Shown: one piece after another, positions 24,649 through 31,728 of the stretch
Layout: each line of letters starts with the position of its first letter
Position numbering within the stretch: position 1 is the stretch's first letter
DNA from: a virus
Taxonomy: Duplodnaviria > Caudoviricetes
DNA: 31,728 nt
Reading direction: 5' to 3' (one strand)
Virus record (IMG/VR): IMGVR_UViG_3300011439_000034
Coordinates: 1-31,728 of that record
The notes under the pieces: model-generated
Database searches by the model: none
Told to the model about the DNA's origin: nothing
The model's input: the letters and a program-made list of their open reading frames with translations, nothing else
Position numbers and translations under genes: made by a program

Positions 24649-25920
24649 ATGGCCACGACGAAGAAGGCATGGCCTGCGCAACGAATCGAGATGCGGCGAG
24701 TCGCGGATCTCGTTCCGTACGCGCGCAACGCGCGCAAGCACAGCAAGGCGCAGGTCGCGAAGATCGCTGCGTCGATTCAGGAGTGGGGCTGGACGAATCC
24801 GGTTCTCGTCGACGAGAAGGGCGGCATCATCGCCGACCACGGCCGCATCCTCGCGGCGCAGAAGCTCGGCATCGAGAGCGTGCCTGCGATGGTTGCGCGC
24901 GGTTGGACCGAAGCGCAGCGGCGCGCGTACGTGATCGCCGACAACCAGCTCGCGCTCGAGGCTGGGTGGGACCGCGACATGCTCGCGATCGAGTTCGCCG
25001 AGCTTGCGGGGCTCAACTTCGACTTGTCGCTCACGGGCTTTGACGACCTCGACATCAAGAGCCTCTTGCAGCACGGCAACGAGCTCGAGGAGGACGCGGA
25101 CAAGGTTCCCGATCTCCCCGAGAACCCGATCGCGCGCGAGGGCGACCTGTGGGTGCTCGGCGAGCATCGCGTGCTCTGCGCGGATGCGACCGTCGCGGCC
25201 AACATGGAGCGAGTACTTGATGGCGAGGTCCCGCGCCTGATGGTCACCGACCCACCGTACGGCGTGAAGTACGAACCCAACTGGCGGAACGAGGCTGGCG
25301 TCGCGAAGACCGCGCGCGTGGGCAAGGTTCGAAACGACGATCGCGTCGACTGGACGGCAACCTGGCGCCTCTTCCAAGGCGACGTCGCATACGTCTGGCA
25401 CGCAGGTCGTCACTGCGGTGAGGTGGCGGCGAATCTCTTCGCGGCCGATCTCGAGATCCGCGCGCAGATCATCTGGGCAAAGAGTCGCTTTGCGCTCTCG
25501 CGCGGCGACTACCACTGGCAGCACGAGCCGTGCTGGTACGCCATCCGCAAGGGGTCGAAGGCCTACTGGATCGGCGATCGCAAGCAGTCGACCGTCTGGG
25601 CGATCGACGTCACGGACGACGGGGACCGAACGAAGCACGGGACGCAGAAGCCGCTCGAGTGCATGGGGCGGCCGATGCGGAACCACGACGCGCCGCTCGT
25701 CCTCGACCCCTTCCTCGGATCGGGCACGACCCTCGTCGCGGCCCACCTCCAGGGCCGGCGGTGTCTTGGGCTCGAGATCGACCCGGCCTACGTGGACGTG
25801 ATCGTCGGTCGCTGGCAGAACCACTCCGGTCGGGCTGCTACCCTGGAGGGCGCCACGTTCGAGACGGTCGCGAAGGAGCGACAGCGCAAACCCAAGCCGC
25901 GAAAGGCAGCAGTAAAATGA
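24649..25920 (+). CDS. ParB/Srx-like N-terminal domain fused to beta-class N6A/N4C DNA methyltransferase
   Basis: PYARNARKH, IIADHGR, ADNQL; GDLWVLGEHR, TDPPY, HGTQKP and DPFLGSGTT. Confidence 0.92.
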   Translation: MATTKKAWPAQRIEMRRVADLVPYARNARKHSKAQVAKIAASIQEWGWTNPVLVDEKGGIIADHGRILAAQKLGIESVPAMVARGWTEAQRRAYVIADNQLALEAGWDRDMLAIEFAELAGLNFDLSLTGFDDLDIKSLLQHGNELEEDADKVPDLPENPIAREGDLWVLGEHRVLCADATVAANMERVLDGEVPRLMVTDPPYGVKYEPNWRNEAGVAKTARVGKVRNDDRVDWTATWRLFQGDVAYVWHAGRHCGEVAANLFAADLEIRAQIIWAKSRFALSRGDYHWQHEPCWYAIRKGSKAYWIGDRKQSTVWAIDVTDDGDRTKHGTQKPLECMGRPMRNHDAPLVLDPFLGSGTTLVAAHLQGRRCLGLEIDPAYVDVIVGRWQNHSGRAATLEGATFETVAKERQRKPKPRKAAVK

Positions 25921-26177
25921 GCGAACCGAAGACCCCCGCCACATTCGCCACCGAGGCCTTCGTCGAGAAACTCGTGGAGGGTGCCGAGAACCCGCAGGTC
26001 ACCTACAAGCGCATCACTCACGCGTACAACGTGCTGCGGATCGCTCGCGACAAGATCCATCCGATCGCCAGCGCCTACGCTGGCGAGCAGGCGATGCTCC
26101 GCAAGGCCGAGGCTGCGACCAAGAGGCGGGAGGCGGCGGAAGCCGCGGCCGCTCTCGAGTCGGACGGAGTTCTCTGA
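25917..26177 (+). CDS. hypothetical protein
   Basis: ATGA overlap with the MTase. Confidence 0.6.
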   Translation: MSEPKTPATFATEAFVEKLVEGAENPQVTYKRITHAYNVLRIARDKIHPIASAYAGEQAMLRKAEAATKRREAAEAAAALESDGVL

Positions 26178-26192
26178 TCGGCGCGGCTACCA

Positions 26193-26627
26193 ATGTGCTC
26201 GTTCACTGAGCGCGGCGTTCACGTGAACGACCACGGCGGCATGTCGATCTGGGGATGCCCGCCGTGCGAGCCACGTTTTGAGCACGCGTGGTACCACCAA
26301 CCGGACGGCGACATGTACCCAACGCTCGAGGACTGCAAGAACAAGTTCGACAACCACCCGACCTTCGAAGGAAGCCCGCTCATGGATCGACTGCTCCGCT
26401 GGTTCGAGTTCGGTCAGCCCCCCCCGCATCTGCAGGCGGTAAGCAAGCCGTTCGGCGAGCTTGCACGCCATGTCTGCGACACCATCCCGAGCGGCCCCGA
26501 ACGCACTGTCGCGCTGCGCAAGTTGCTCGAGGCGAAGGACTGCGCCGTGCGCGCGATGATCGAGGCGTTTCCCGACGCCGGCGTGCGTCGCGAGGTAGAC
26601 GTCTCGCAGCAGGCCCCGGGAGCCTGA
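26193..26627 (+). CDS. phage protein with helical-hairpin domain (HLQAVSKPF..RKLLEAKDCAVRA); true start may be 26382
   Basis: The C-terminal motif resembles a widespread small phage family; GAAGGAAG precedes the internal ATG 26382. Confidence 0.75.
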   Translation: MCSFTERGVHVNDHGGMSIWGCPPCEPRFEHAWYHQPDGDMYPTLEDCKNKFDNHPTFEGSPLMDRLLRWFEFGQPPPHLQAVSKPFGELARHVCDTIPSGPERTVALRKLLEAKDCAVRAMIEAFPDAGVRREVDVSQQAPGA

Positions 26628-26629
26628 TC

Positions 26630-27304
26630 ATGGACCGACGCACGTTCCTGAAGGTGATCCCCGCGCCGCTCGCGATCTCGCGCGACCACGTGCGGCCGCA
26701 GGAGCTCTCGCCACCGCGCGTGATCTGGGTGCAGATGACCTGGTCCACCGACGCCCGCGAGATACAAGGCAAGCCAACAGTGGACGAGCTCTGCGCCGCT
26801 CAGATTGTGCGCGGCAGGCGCATCCTGGCCGTGCTCCGCGAAGCCCGCGAGTTCGCACGTATCGTCGTGTCGCAGGACTGCTCGTCCGACGAGCATGCAC
26901 AGGCGTTCCTTCGGACGATGCTTGCCGAAGTCGACACGGATACGGGGGAGCAGAACTACGGCGCGATCGAGGCTGCGATTGCGATCTCGGCGAACGAGTC
27001 CGTGGACGTGCTCGCGTTCCTGGGCTCTCACCGGGCGCTCCGTGTCGCCAACCACTCCGCTTCCGCACACTACAGGCTCGACAGGATCGAGAAGCGGCTG
27101 CGCCTGCTCGAGGAGGCACCGCCCGTCGAGGTGTGCAACCTCGGAATCGATTGCGAGAAGCAGATCGGCGAGATCGGCCCGCGCTCTCCCCGTGTTGTGA
27201 ACGCCTGGCTCGAGCGGCACAAGGACGGCGTGAAAGCCGTCCTCGGCGTCGACGACGTGAAGGCGGCGGCGCAGGAGATCAAGACGCTTTGCCAGCCGCC
27301 CTGA
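26630..27304 (+). CDS. hypothetical protein with twin-arginine-like N-terminus (MDRRTFLK)
   Basis: GGGAG RBS; TGATG coupling downstream. Confidence 0.65.
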   Translation: MDRRTFLKVIPAPLAISRDHVRPQELSPPRVIWVQMTWSTDAREIQGKPTVDELCAAQIVRGRRILAVLREAREFARIVVSQDCSSDEHAQAFLRTMLAEVDTDTGEQNYGAIEAAIAISANESVDVLAFLGSHRALRVANHSASAHYRLDRIEKRLRLLEEAPPVEVCNLGIDCEKQIGEIGPRSPRVVNAWLERHKDGVKAVLGVDDVKAAAQEIKTLCQPP

Positions 27305-27519
27305 TGGACGTCGAGCTCTTCACCCGCGACGGTGGCTTCGTGGCGAAGGAGACCATCCCTCCGTTCACCGAGCCACCCGATCTCCTGATCTGGGGGCTAC
27401 GATTCTTCCTGCGCCGCGAGGAGGGGAAGTACTACGAGAGCTTCACGTGGGCCATCGTTCCGCGGCACCCCGAGATGGAACAGATGACCCACGAGCTTCC
27501 GTTCACCAAGCCAACCTGA
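27304..27519 (+). CDS. hypothetical protein
   Basis: TGATG coupling at both ends. Confidence 0.65.
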   Translation: MDVELFTRDGGFVAKETIPPFTEPPDLLIWGLRFFLRREEGKYYESFTWAIVPRHPEMEQMTHELPFTKPT

Positions 27520-28004
27520 TGCCGACGCCCGCACACAAACGAACCGCCGAGCGCGCAGCGTACGTTCGCTCGATGACCGGGTTTGGCGCGAAGGCCGACG
27601 ACATCTCCCGCGTGATGAAGATCTCCGGGCCGACGCTGCGCAAGTACTACCGCAGCGAGCTAGATACCGGAGCCATCGAGGCCAACGCGAAGGTCGCTGA
27701 GGCGCTCTTTAAGAAGGCCATCGGAAACGGTCCCGCCTCGGTCACCGCGTGCATCTTCTGGCTCAAGACGCGTGCCCAGTGGAAGGAGACCTCCGTGCAC
27801 GAGCACATCGGAGCGGATGGTGGCCCGATCGAGCTTACCGATGCGCGCGCTGAGCTCATGCGACTCGTCGAGCGGCAGCAGGCGATCCCCGTAGCGGAGG
27901 CATCCGACGCAGCCTCGGAGAGCAATGGGTCTCCGGGCTCGAACGGCTCCCAGAACGGGAACGGCCATGGCCGTTCGAGCCCGCGGCGACGCCCGAAGCC
28001 GTAG
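27519..28004 (+). CDS. terS: terminase small subunit (HTH type)
   Basis: HTH then TLRKYYRSEL..G...AN.KVA..LFKKA, ACIFWLKTRAQWKE and HIGADGGPIE; lies upstream of TerL. Confidence 0.8.
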   Translation: MPTPAHKRTAERAAYVRSMTGFGAKADDISRVMKISGPTLRKYYRSELDTGAIEANAKVAEALFKKAIGNGPASVTACIFWLKTRAQWKETSVHEHIGADGGPIELTDARAELMRLVERQQAIPVAEASDAASESNGSPGSNGSQNGNGHGRSSPRRRPKP

Positions 28005-28021
28005 GTCCGCATTTCTGCCGA

Positions 28022-28050
28022 TTGACCGGGGATGTCGGCGGGTCTAGGCT
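28022..28050 (+). promoter_or_regulatory. putative sigma70-type promoter TTGACC-N17-TAGGCT
   Basis: Near-consensus hexamers with a 17-bp spacer in the gap after terS. Confidence 0.55.
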
Positions 28051-28060
28051 CCCTGGAGCG

Positions 28061-28276
28061 ATGGAGCAGGATTGTCATCACTGGGAGGTAACTCCCGACG
28101 AGCAGCGCGCACACATGCGGCGGGTTGAGTGCATCCTCGAAGGGCAGCGCAAGCAGTTGCGTAATGCTGTTCGAGCGCTCAACCGAATCGCAGCGGTGCT
28201 CACTCCAGCGCCTGAGAGCCAGATCGAATCGGTTGTGATTCGAGTTGGAAAACCTGTAACTGAAACCGCGGTCTGA
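28061..28276 (+). CDS. hypothetical protein
   Basis: ATG just downstream of the predicted promoter. Confidence 0.55.
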   Translation: MEQDCHHWEVTPDEQRAHMRRVECILEGQRKQLRNAVRALNRIAAVLTPAPESQIESVVIRVGKPVTETAV

Positions 28277-28302
28277 CCTCGGACCAAGAAAGCGAAACGA
28301 CC

Positions 28303-28638
28303 ATGGCGAGCACAGTACGACTGAACACCGGGCAGAAGGTCCTGATGAGCCTCACCTTCAAGGACGAGAACGGCGTCCAGGCAACCGAGCTTCCGGTTGG
28401 TGCGAGCATCGAGTGGATCTCCTCGGACGAGAACGTCACCACGACCGAGGAAGACGAGGACACCGGCAACGACCTGAACCGCTGGGCGCGCAGCGGCAAC
28501 CCCGGCGTCGCGACGATCACCGCGCGCCTGACGCGCAAGGACGGTCAGCAGCGCGAGGACACGCTCGAGGTCACCGTCGCGGAAGTCGAGCTCGACGCGG
28601 TCGAGCTCACGGTCGGCACGCAAGTCCTCGAGTCGTAG
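28303..28638 (+). CDS. acidic Ig-like (Big_2-like) domain protein
   Basis: LTFKDENG, IEWISSDENV, GVATITA and LEVTV beta-strand pattern. Confidence 0.7.
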   Translation: MASTVRLNTGQKVLMSLTFKDENGVQATELPVGASIEWISSDENVTTTEEDEDTGNDLNRWARSGNPGVATITARLTRKDGQQREDTLEVTVAEVELDAVELTVGTQVLES

Positions 28639-28700
28639 GGCCAGAGCTAGCGAGTCACAGCACCAGCCAACCAAGCAACCCCTGAACAGGCGAGGGTCCC

Positions 28701-29174
28701 ATGGATCAAGATCGGTTCCAAAACCAACCGGACGCCTTCAAGTCGGCGACCGACGTTTCGAAGTCGAGCCAATCTCCGCGCTACGTCTTCTCCTCGACGT
28801 CTCCGGATTTCAAGGAGAAGCCGTTCCGCGTCGGAGCTTCAGCAACTCCAGAGCCCGGCGAGAAGCTCGTCGCCGAATTCACGAACGGCGTCGAGACCAC
28901 GCGCAAGAGGGAGGCCGAAACCGCTGAGGCTCGCGCTGCGAAAGCGGCTGGGCCGTTCGCAACAGCAGAGGATGCCGGCAAGAATGCCGCCATCCTCTCG
29001 AAGGACGGGCGCCCCCGCTTCGTGCTCGACACCGGCGACGGCAGCAAGACTCCGTTCCGCGTCGACCTGCAGCGCTCGGTCACCTCGCCTGGCTCCGAGA
29101 CCCCGGGCGAAACCACCGTCGCGGAGTACCGCAGCGGCAAGAAGTACGATCCGGAGGCCAAGCCCTCCGCGTAG
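28701..29174 (+). CDS. hypothetical protein with two copies of a ~60-aa repeat domain
   Basis: GAGG RBS; repeated PR(Y/F)V..PFRV..PGE..VAE(F/Y)..G. Confidence 0.75.
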   Translation: MDQDRFQNQPDAFKSATDVSKSSQSPRYVFSSTSPDFKEKPFRVGASATPEPGEKLVAEFTNGVETTRKREAETAEARAAKAAGPFATAEDAGKNAAILSKDGRPRFVLDTGDGSKTPFRVDLQRSVTSPGSETPGETTVAEYRSGKKYDPEAKPSA

Positions 29175-29218
29175 CGTGCACGCGCATCGGTAGAACGAAG
29201 ATCGAGGAGCGAGATTCA

Positions 29219-29566
29219 ATGAGCCGATACAGGACCATCGAAGAGGCCAACAAGTACGCGGTCACGCTCTCCGCGAAGAGCGGGCATGCCTACGTCTTCT
29301 TGACCCCATCGACCAGCGTCCCACCGCTGCCGTTTCGTGTGGGGATGGAGGCCGCGATCGGTCCGGGGGAGAAGCTCCTCGAATCGTTCACCAACGGCAT
29401 CCGTGACGGTCGCATGACGAGTGCGGCCGAAGGTGCTCGGCGCGCGCAACGGCAAGCGCAGTTCGCGAAGAAGCGCGCCGAGGTGCCCGCCGAAGCCGCT
29501 GTCGCGGTCCCTGCCGCCGAGGCCCCGGTGCCCAAATCCGAAGAGGCTGCGCCCGGATCGGAGTAG
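29219..29566 (+). CDS. hypothetical protein with one copy of the same repeat domain
   Basis: GAGGAG RBS; YVF..PFRVG..PGEKL..FTNG. Confidence 0.75.
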   Translation: MSRYRTIEEANKYAVTLSAKSGHAYVFLTPSTSVPPLPFRVGMEAAIGPGEKLLESFTNGIRDGRMTSAAEGARRAQRQAQFAKKRAEVPAEAAVAVPAAEAPVPKSEEAAPGSE

Positions 29567-29569
29567 TTC

Positions 29570-30910
29570 TTGTCTCGAGCGAAGCTGGCGGACCTGATTG
29601 CTCTTTCGCCGGCCGACCTTTCGAAGATCCTCGGCCGTCTCTCACCGGAGGCGGCCGAGGCTTTGTTGTGGGACTGGGGCTTTCGCGCGCGAGAGACGCA
29701 GCTTGAGCCGCCAGGCGACTGGCTCGTGTGGGTGTTCCTCGCCGGCCGAGGATCAGGCAAGACACGCTCCGGAGCTGAGTGGATGCGCGAGCGCATCAAG
29801 CAGGGCTTCGGTCGTCTCGGTCTGATCGCGCCCACCGCCGGCGACGCGCGCGACGTCATGGTCGAGGGGGAGTCGGGCCTGCTCGCGGTCTGCTGGCAGA
29901 AGGACCACACGCACTCGGGCCAATTCATGGGGCGGCCGCTCTACGAGCCGTCCAAGCGGCGCGTCACGTGGGCGAATGGCGCGATGGCGACGCTCTACTC
30001 GGCGGACGAGCCCGAGCGCTTGCGCGGCCCGCAGCACGACACGTTGTGGGCGGACGAGCTCGCGACCTGGCGCTACGCGCGAGAGACTTGGGACAACGCG
30101 AGGTTCGGCCTGCGGCTCGGGCGGAGCCCGCGGACGATGGTCACGACGACGCCGAAGCCTATCAGCCTCCTGCGCGAGCTCGTCAAGGACAAGAACACCA
30201 CGATCTCCAAGGGCTCGACATACGACAACCGAGCGAACCTTGCGCCGGCGTTCCTGAGCACAATTATCGCGAAATATGAGGGCACTCGAATCGGTCGCCA
30301 AGAGCTCCACGCAGAGATGCTCGAGGAGGCGGAGGGTGCGCTCTGGACGCGCTCGATGCTCGAAAAGTGCGTGCTCGAGCCGGCGGACGACATTTCGCGG
30401 ATCGTGGTCGCAATAGACCCAGCCATCACCGCGAAGGCCGAGTCGAACGAGACGGGGATCATCGTCGCCGGCCGGCAGTCGGCGCGTCTCGGCAAGGGCT
30501 TCGTCCTGGCGGACCTCTCAGGGCGATTCGCGCCCGGGGAGTGGGCGCTGCGCTCTGTGGAGGCACTTCGCCACTTCGAAGCGGACCGGATCGTCGCCGA
30601 GGGAAACCAGGGCGGCGAGATGGTTCGGCACACCATCCATACGGTCGACGCGAATGTACCAGTTCGCATCGTCCACGCGTCTCGCGGCAAGGCAGCGCGC
30701 GCGGAGCCGGTCGCTGCCCTGTACGAGCAGGGGCGGATTCATCATGCTGGCCCGCTCCCAGAGCTCGAGGATCAGCTCGTGACCTGGGAGCCGCTTTCAG
30801 GAATGGAAAGCCCCGACCGACTCGACGCGCTGGTGTGGGCGCTGACGGACCTGTTTCTCACCGGAGCGGGAACCCGTAGCCTTGGAGTTGCCCCCGAGGT
30901 CTTCACCTGA
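29570..30910 (+). CDS. terL: terminase large subunit (Terminase_6/T4-like ATPase + RNase H nuclease)
   Basis: AGRGSGKT, LRGPQ, WADE, TTTP, VAIDPA and SPDRLDALVWA; GGAG RBS before TTG. Confidence 0.95.
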   Translation: MSRAKLADLIALSPADLSKILGRLSPEAAEALLWDWGFRARETQLEPPGDWLVWVFLAGRGSGKTRSGAEWMRERIKQGFGRLGLIAPTAGDARDVMVEGESGLLAVCWQKDHTHSGQFMGRPLYEPSKRRVTWANGAMATLYSADEPERLRGPQHDTLWADELATWRYARETWDNARFGLRLGRSPRTMVTTTPKPISLLRELVKDKNTTISKGSTYDNRANLAPAFLSTIIAKYEGTRIGRQELHAEMLEEAEGALWTRSMLEKCVLEPADDISRIVVAIDPAITAKAESNETGIIVAGRQSARLGKGFVLADLSGRFAPGEWALRSVEALRHFEADRIVAEGNQGGEMVRHTIHTVDANVPVRIVHASRGKAARAEPVAALYEQGRIHHAGPLPELEDQLVTWEPLSGMESPDRLDALVWALTDLFLTGAGTRSLGVAPEVFT

Positions 30911-31728
30911 TGGCGCGCGGCTTCATCGATTCCTTCTTCAGCCTGTTGCGCCCCGCGCGCACGAGTCCGTCGAAGAGCATCGGAGTAGGGGGAACCGCCG
31001 TCTACGGCGGGTACATCCACCAGAACGAGAAGGACGCGCGCCTGATTGGGCGCGAGCGTTACAAGACCTTCTCCGAGATCCTCGTCAACACGACGATCCT
31101 TGGTGCGGCCGTGCGGCTCTTCCTGAACACGGTCAGCAAGCCCTCCTGGCGCGCCGAGCCGGCGGAGGACAACAAGAGCGGCCGCGCGGTCGAGCTGGCG
31201 GAGCGAGTCGAGGAAGCGCTCCTCGACATGACAACGCCCTGGTATCGCGTGGTCAGGCGCGCGGCGATGTTCAACTTCCATGGCTTCTCCATCCAGGAGT
31301 GGACTTCGAAGCGTCGCGACGACGGGATGATTGGATTTCTGGACGTCGAGCCGCGGCCGCAGCAGACGATCGAGAAGTGGGACCTCGACGAAAGCGGGAC
31401 AGTCGCCGGCGTCGTGCAGCTCTCACCGCAGGACTTTCGGGAGATCTACCTGCCGCGCAACCGGATCGTGCTCGCGACGGATGACGCGATCAGCGACAGC
31501 CCCGAGGGGCTCGGCATCTTCCGCCACATCGTGAACGCAGCGCGTCGACTCCAGCGCTACGAGCAGCTCGAGGGGATGTCCTTCGAGATGGACCTGCGCG
31601 GCATCCCGATCGGCCGTGGACCGTTCAAGGAGTTGCAGGACCGGGTCGACGCCGGCGATCTCACTCCGGAGAAGAAGCTCGCCTACGAGGAAGGCCTGCG
31701 GCGCTTCGTCAAGGATCACGTGCGCACC
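30910..31728 (+). CDS. portal protein (DUF935-like), 3'-truncated
   Basis: TGATG-coupled to terL; open to the window end (MARGFIDSFF..HGFSIQEW..PEGLGIFR..DLRGIPIG). Absent from the ORF track because it has no stop in the window. Confidence 0.85.
   Translation, partial: MARGFIDSFFSLLRPARTSPSKSIGVGGTAVYGGYIHQNEKDARLIGRERYKTFSEILVNTTILGAAVRLFLNTVSKPSWRAEPAEDNKSGRAVELAERVEEALLDMTTPWYRVVRRAAMFNFHGFSIQEWTSKRRDDGMIGFLDVEPRPQQTIEKWDLDESGTVAGVVQLSPQDFREIYLPRNRIVLATDDAISDSPEGLGIFRHIVNAARRLQRYEQLEGMSFEMDLRGIPIGRGPFKELQDRVDAGDLTPEKKLAYEEGLRRFVKDHVRT

Larger units (their letters stand above)
1..31728 (+). mobile_element. tailed bacteriophage/prophage genome segment (early, recombination, replication and start of packaging modules)
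   Basis: Terminase subunits, portal, Sak4/DUF669/Cas4-like module, primase, helicase and RusA are present, with densely overlapping co-oriented small ORFs and no host housekeeping genes. Integrated versus free state cannot be determined. Confidence 0.95.

Noticed and set aside
15406-25944. Long minus-strand ORFs (e.g. 15406-16566, 17727-18842, 19120-20793, 24637-25944)
   Set aside because: Antisense shadows of well-supported + strand genes in GC-rich DNA; no recognisable motifs.
26216-26229. Second parS-like palindrome CGTTCACGTGAACG
   Set aside because: Each arm is one base short of the parS consensus and it lies in a probable coding region.
1-31728. tRNA, rRNA, CRISPR array, integrase/att site, reverse transcriptase or DGR repeats
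   Set aside because: None recognised by eye; the duplicated modules differ at all base types rather than only at adenines. tRNAscan-SE and Infernal were not run.

Overview
GC-rich tailed-phage (Caudoviricetes) or prophage segment. Every credible gene is on the + strand, and most are translationally coupled through ATGA/GTGA/TGATG overlaps. Gene order: small early/accessory genes (including wHTH, DUF1643-like and a stand-alone GGDEF diguanylate cyclase); a Sak4-like AAA ATPase/DUF669 SSB/Cas4-like exonuclease recombination module; many small hypotheticals, including a cluster of duplicated exported/membrane proteins; SF2 helicase; an intact formylglycine-type sulfatase; Prim-Pol/PriCT-2/DUF3987 primase; a repeat-rich origin-like region with a perfect parS-type palindrome; two DNA methyltransferases and RusA; small terminase, a four-gene insertion, large terminase, and the 5' part of a portal gene. 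No integrase, rRNA, tRNA or CRISPR array was seen. The most notable items are the phage-borne c-di-GMP synthase, the sulfatase inside the replication module, the parS next to the putative origin, a recurring intergenic motif (AGTTGGYT), a possible Tad1/Acb2-like nucleotide sponge and several new-looking duplicated protein modules. All family calls come from motif recognition by eye; no database searches were run.
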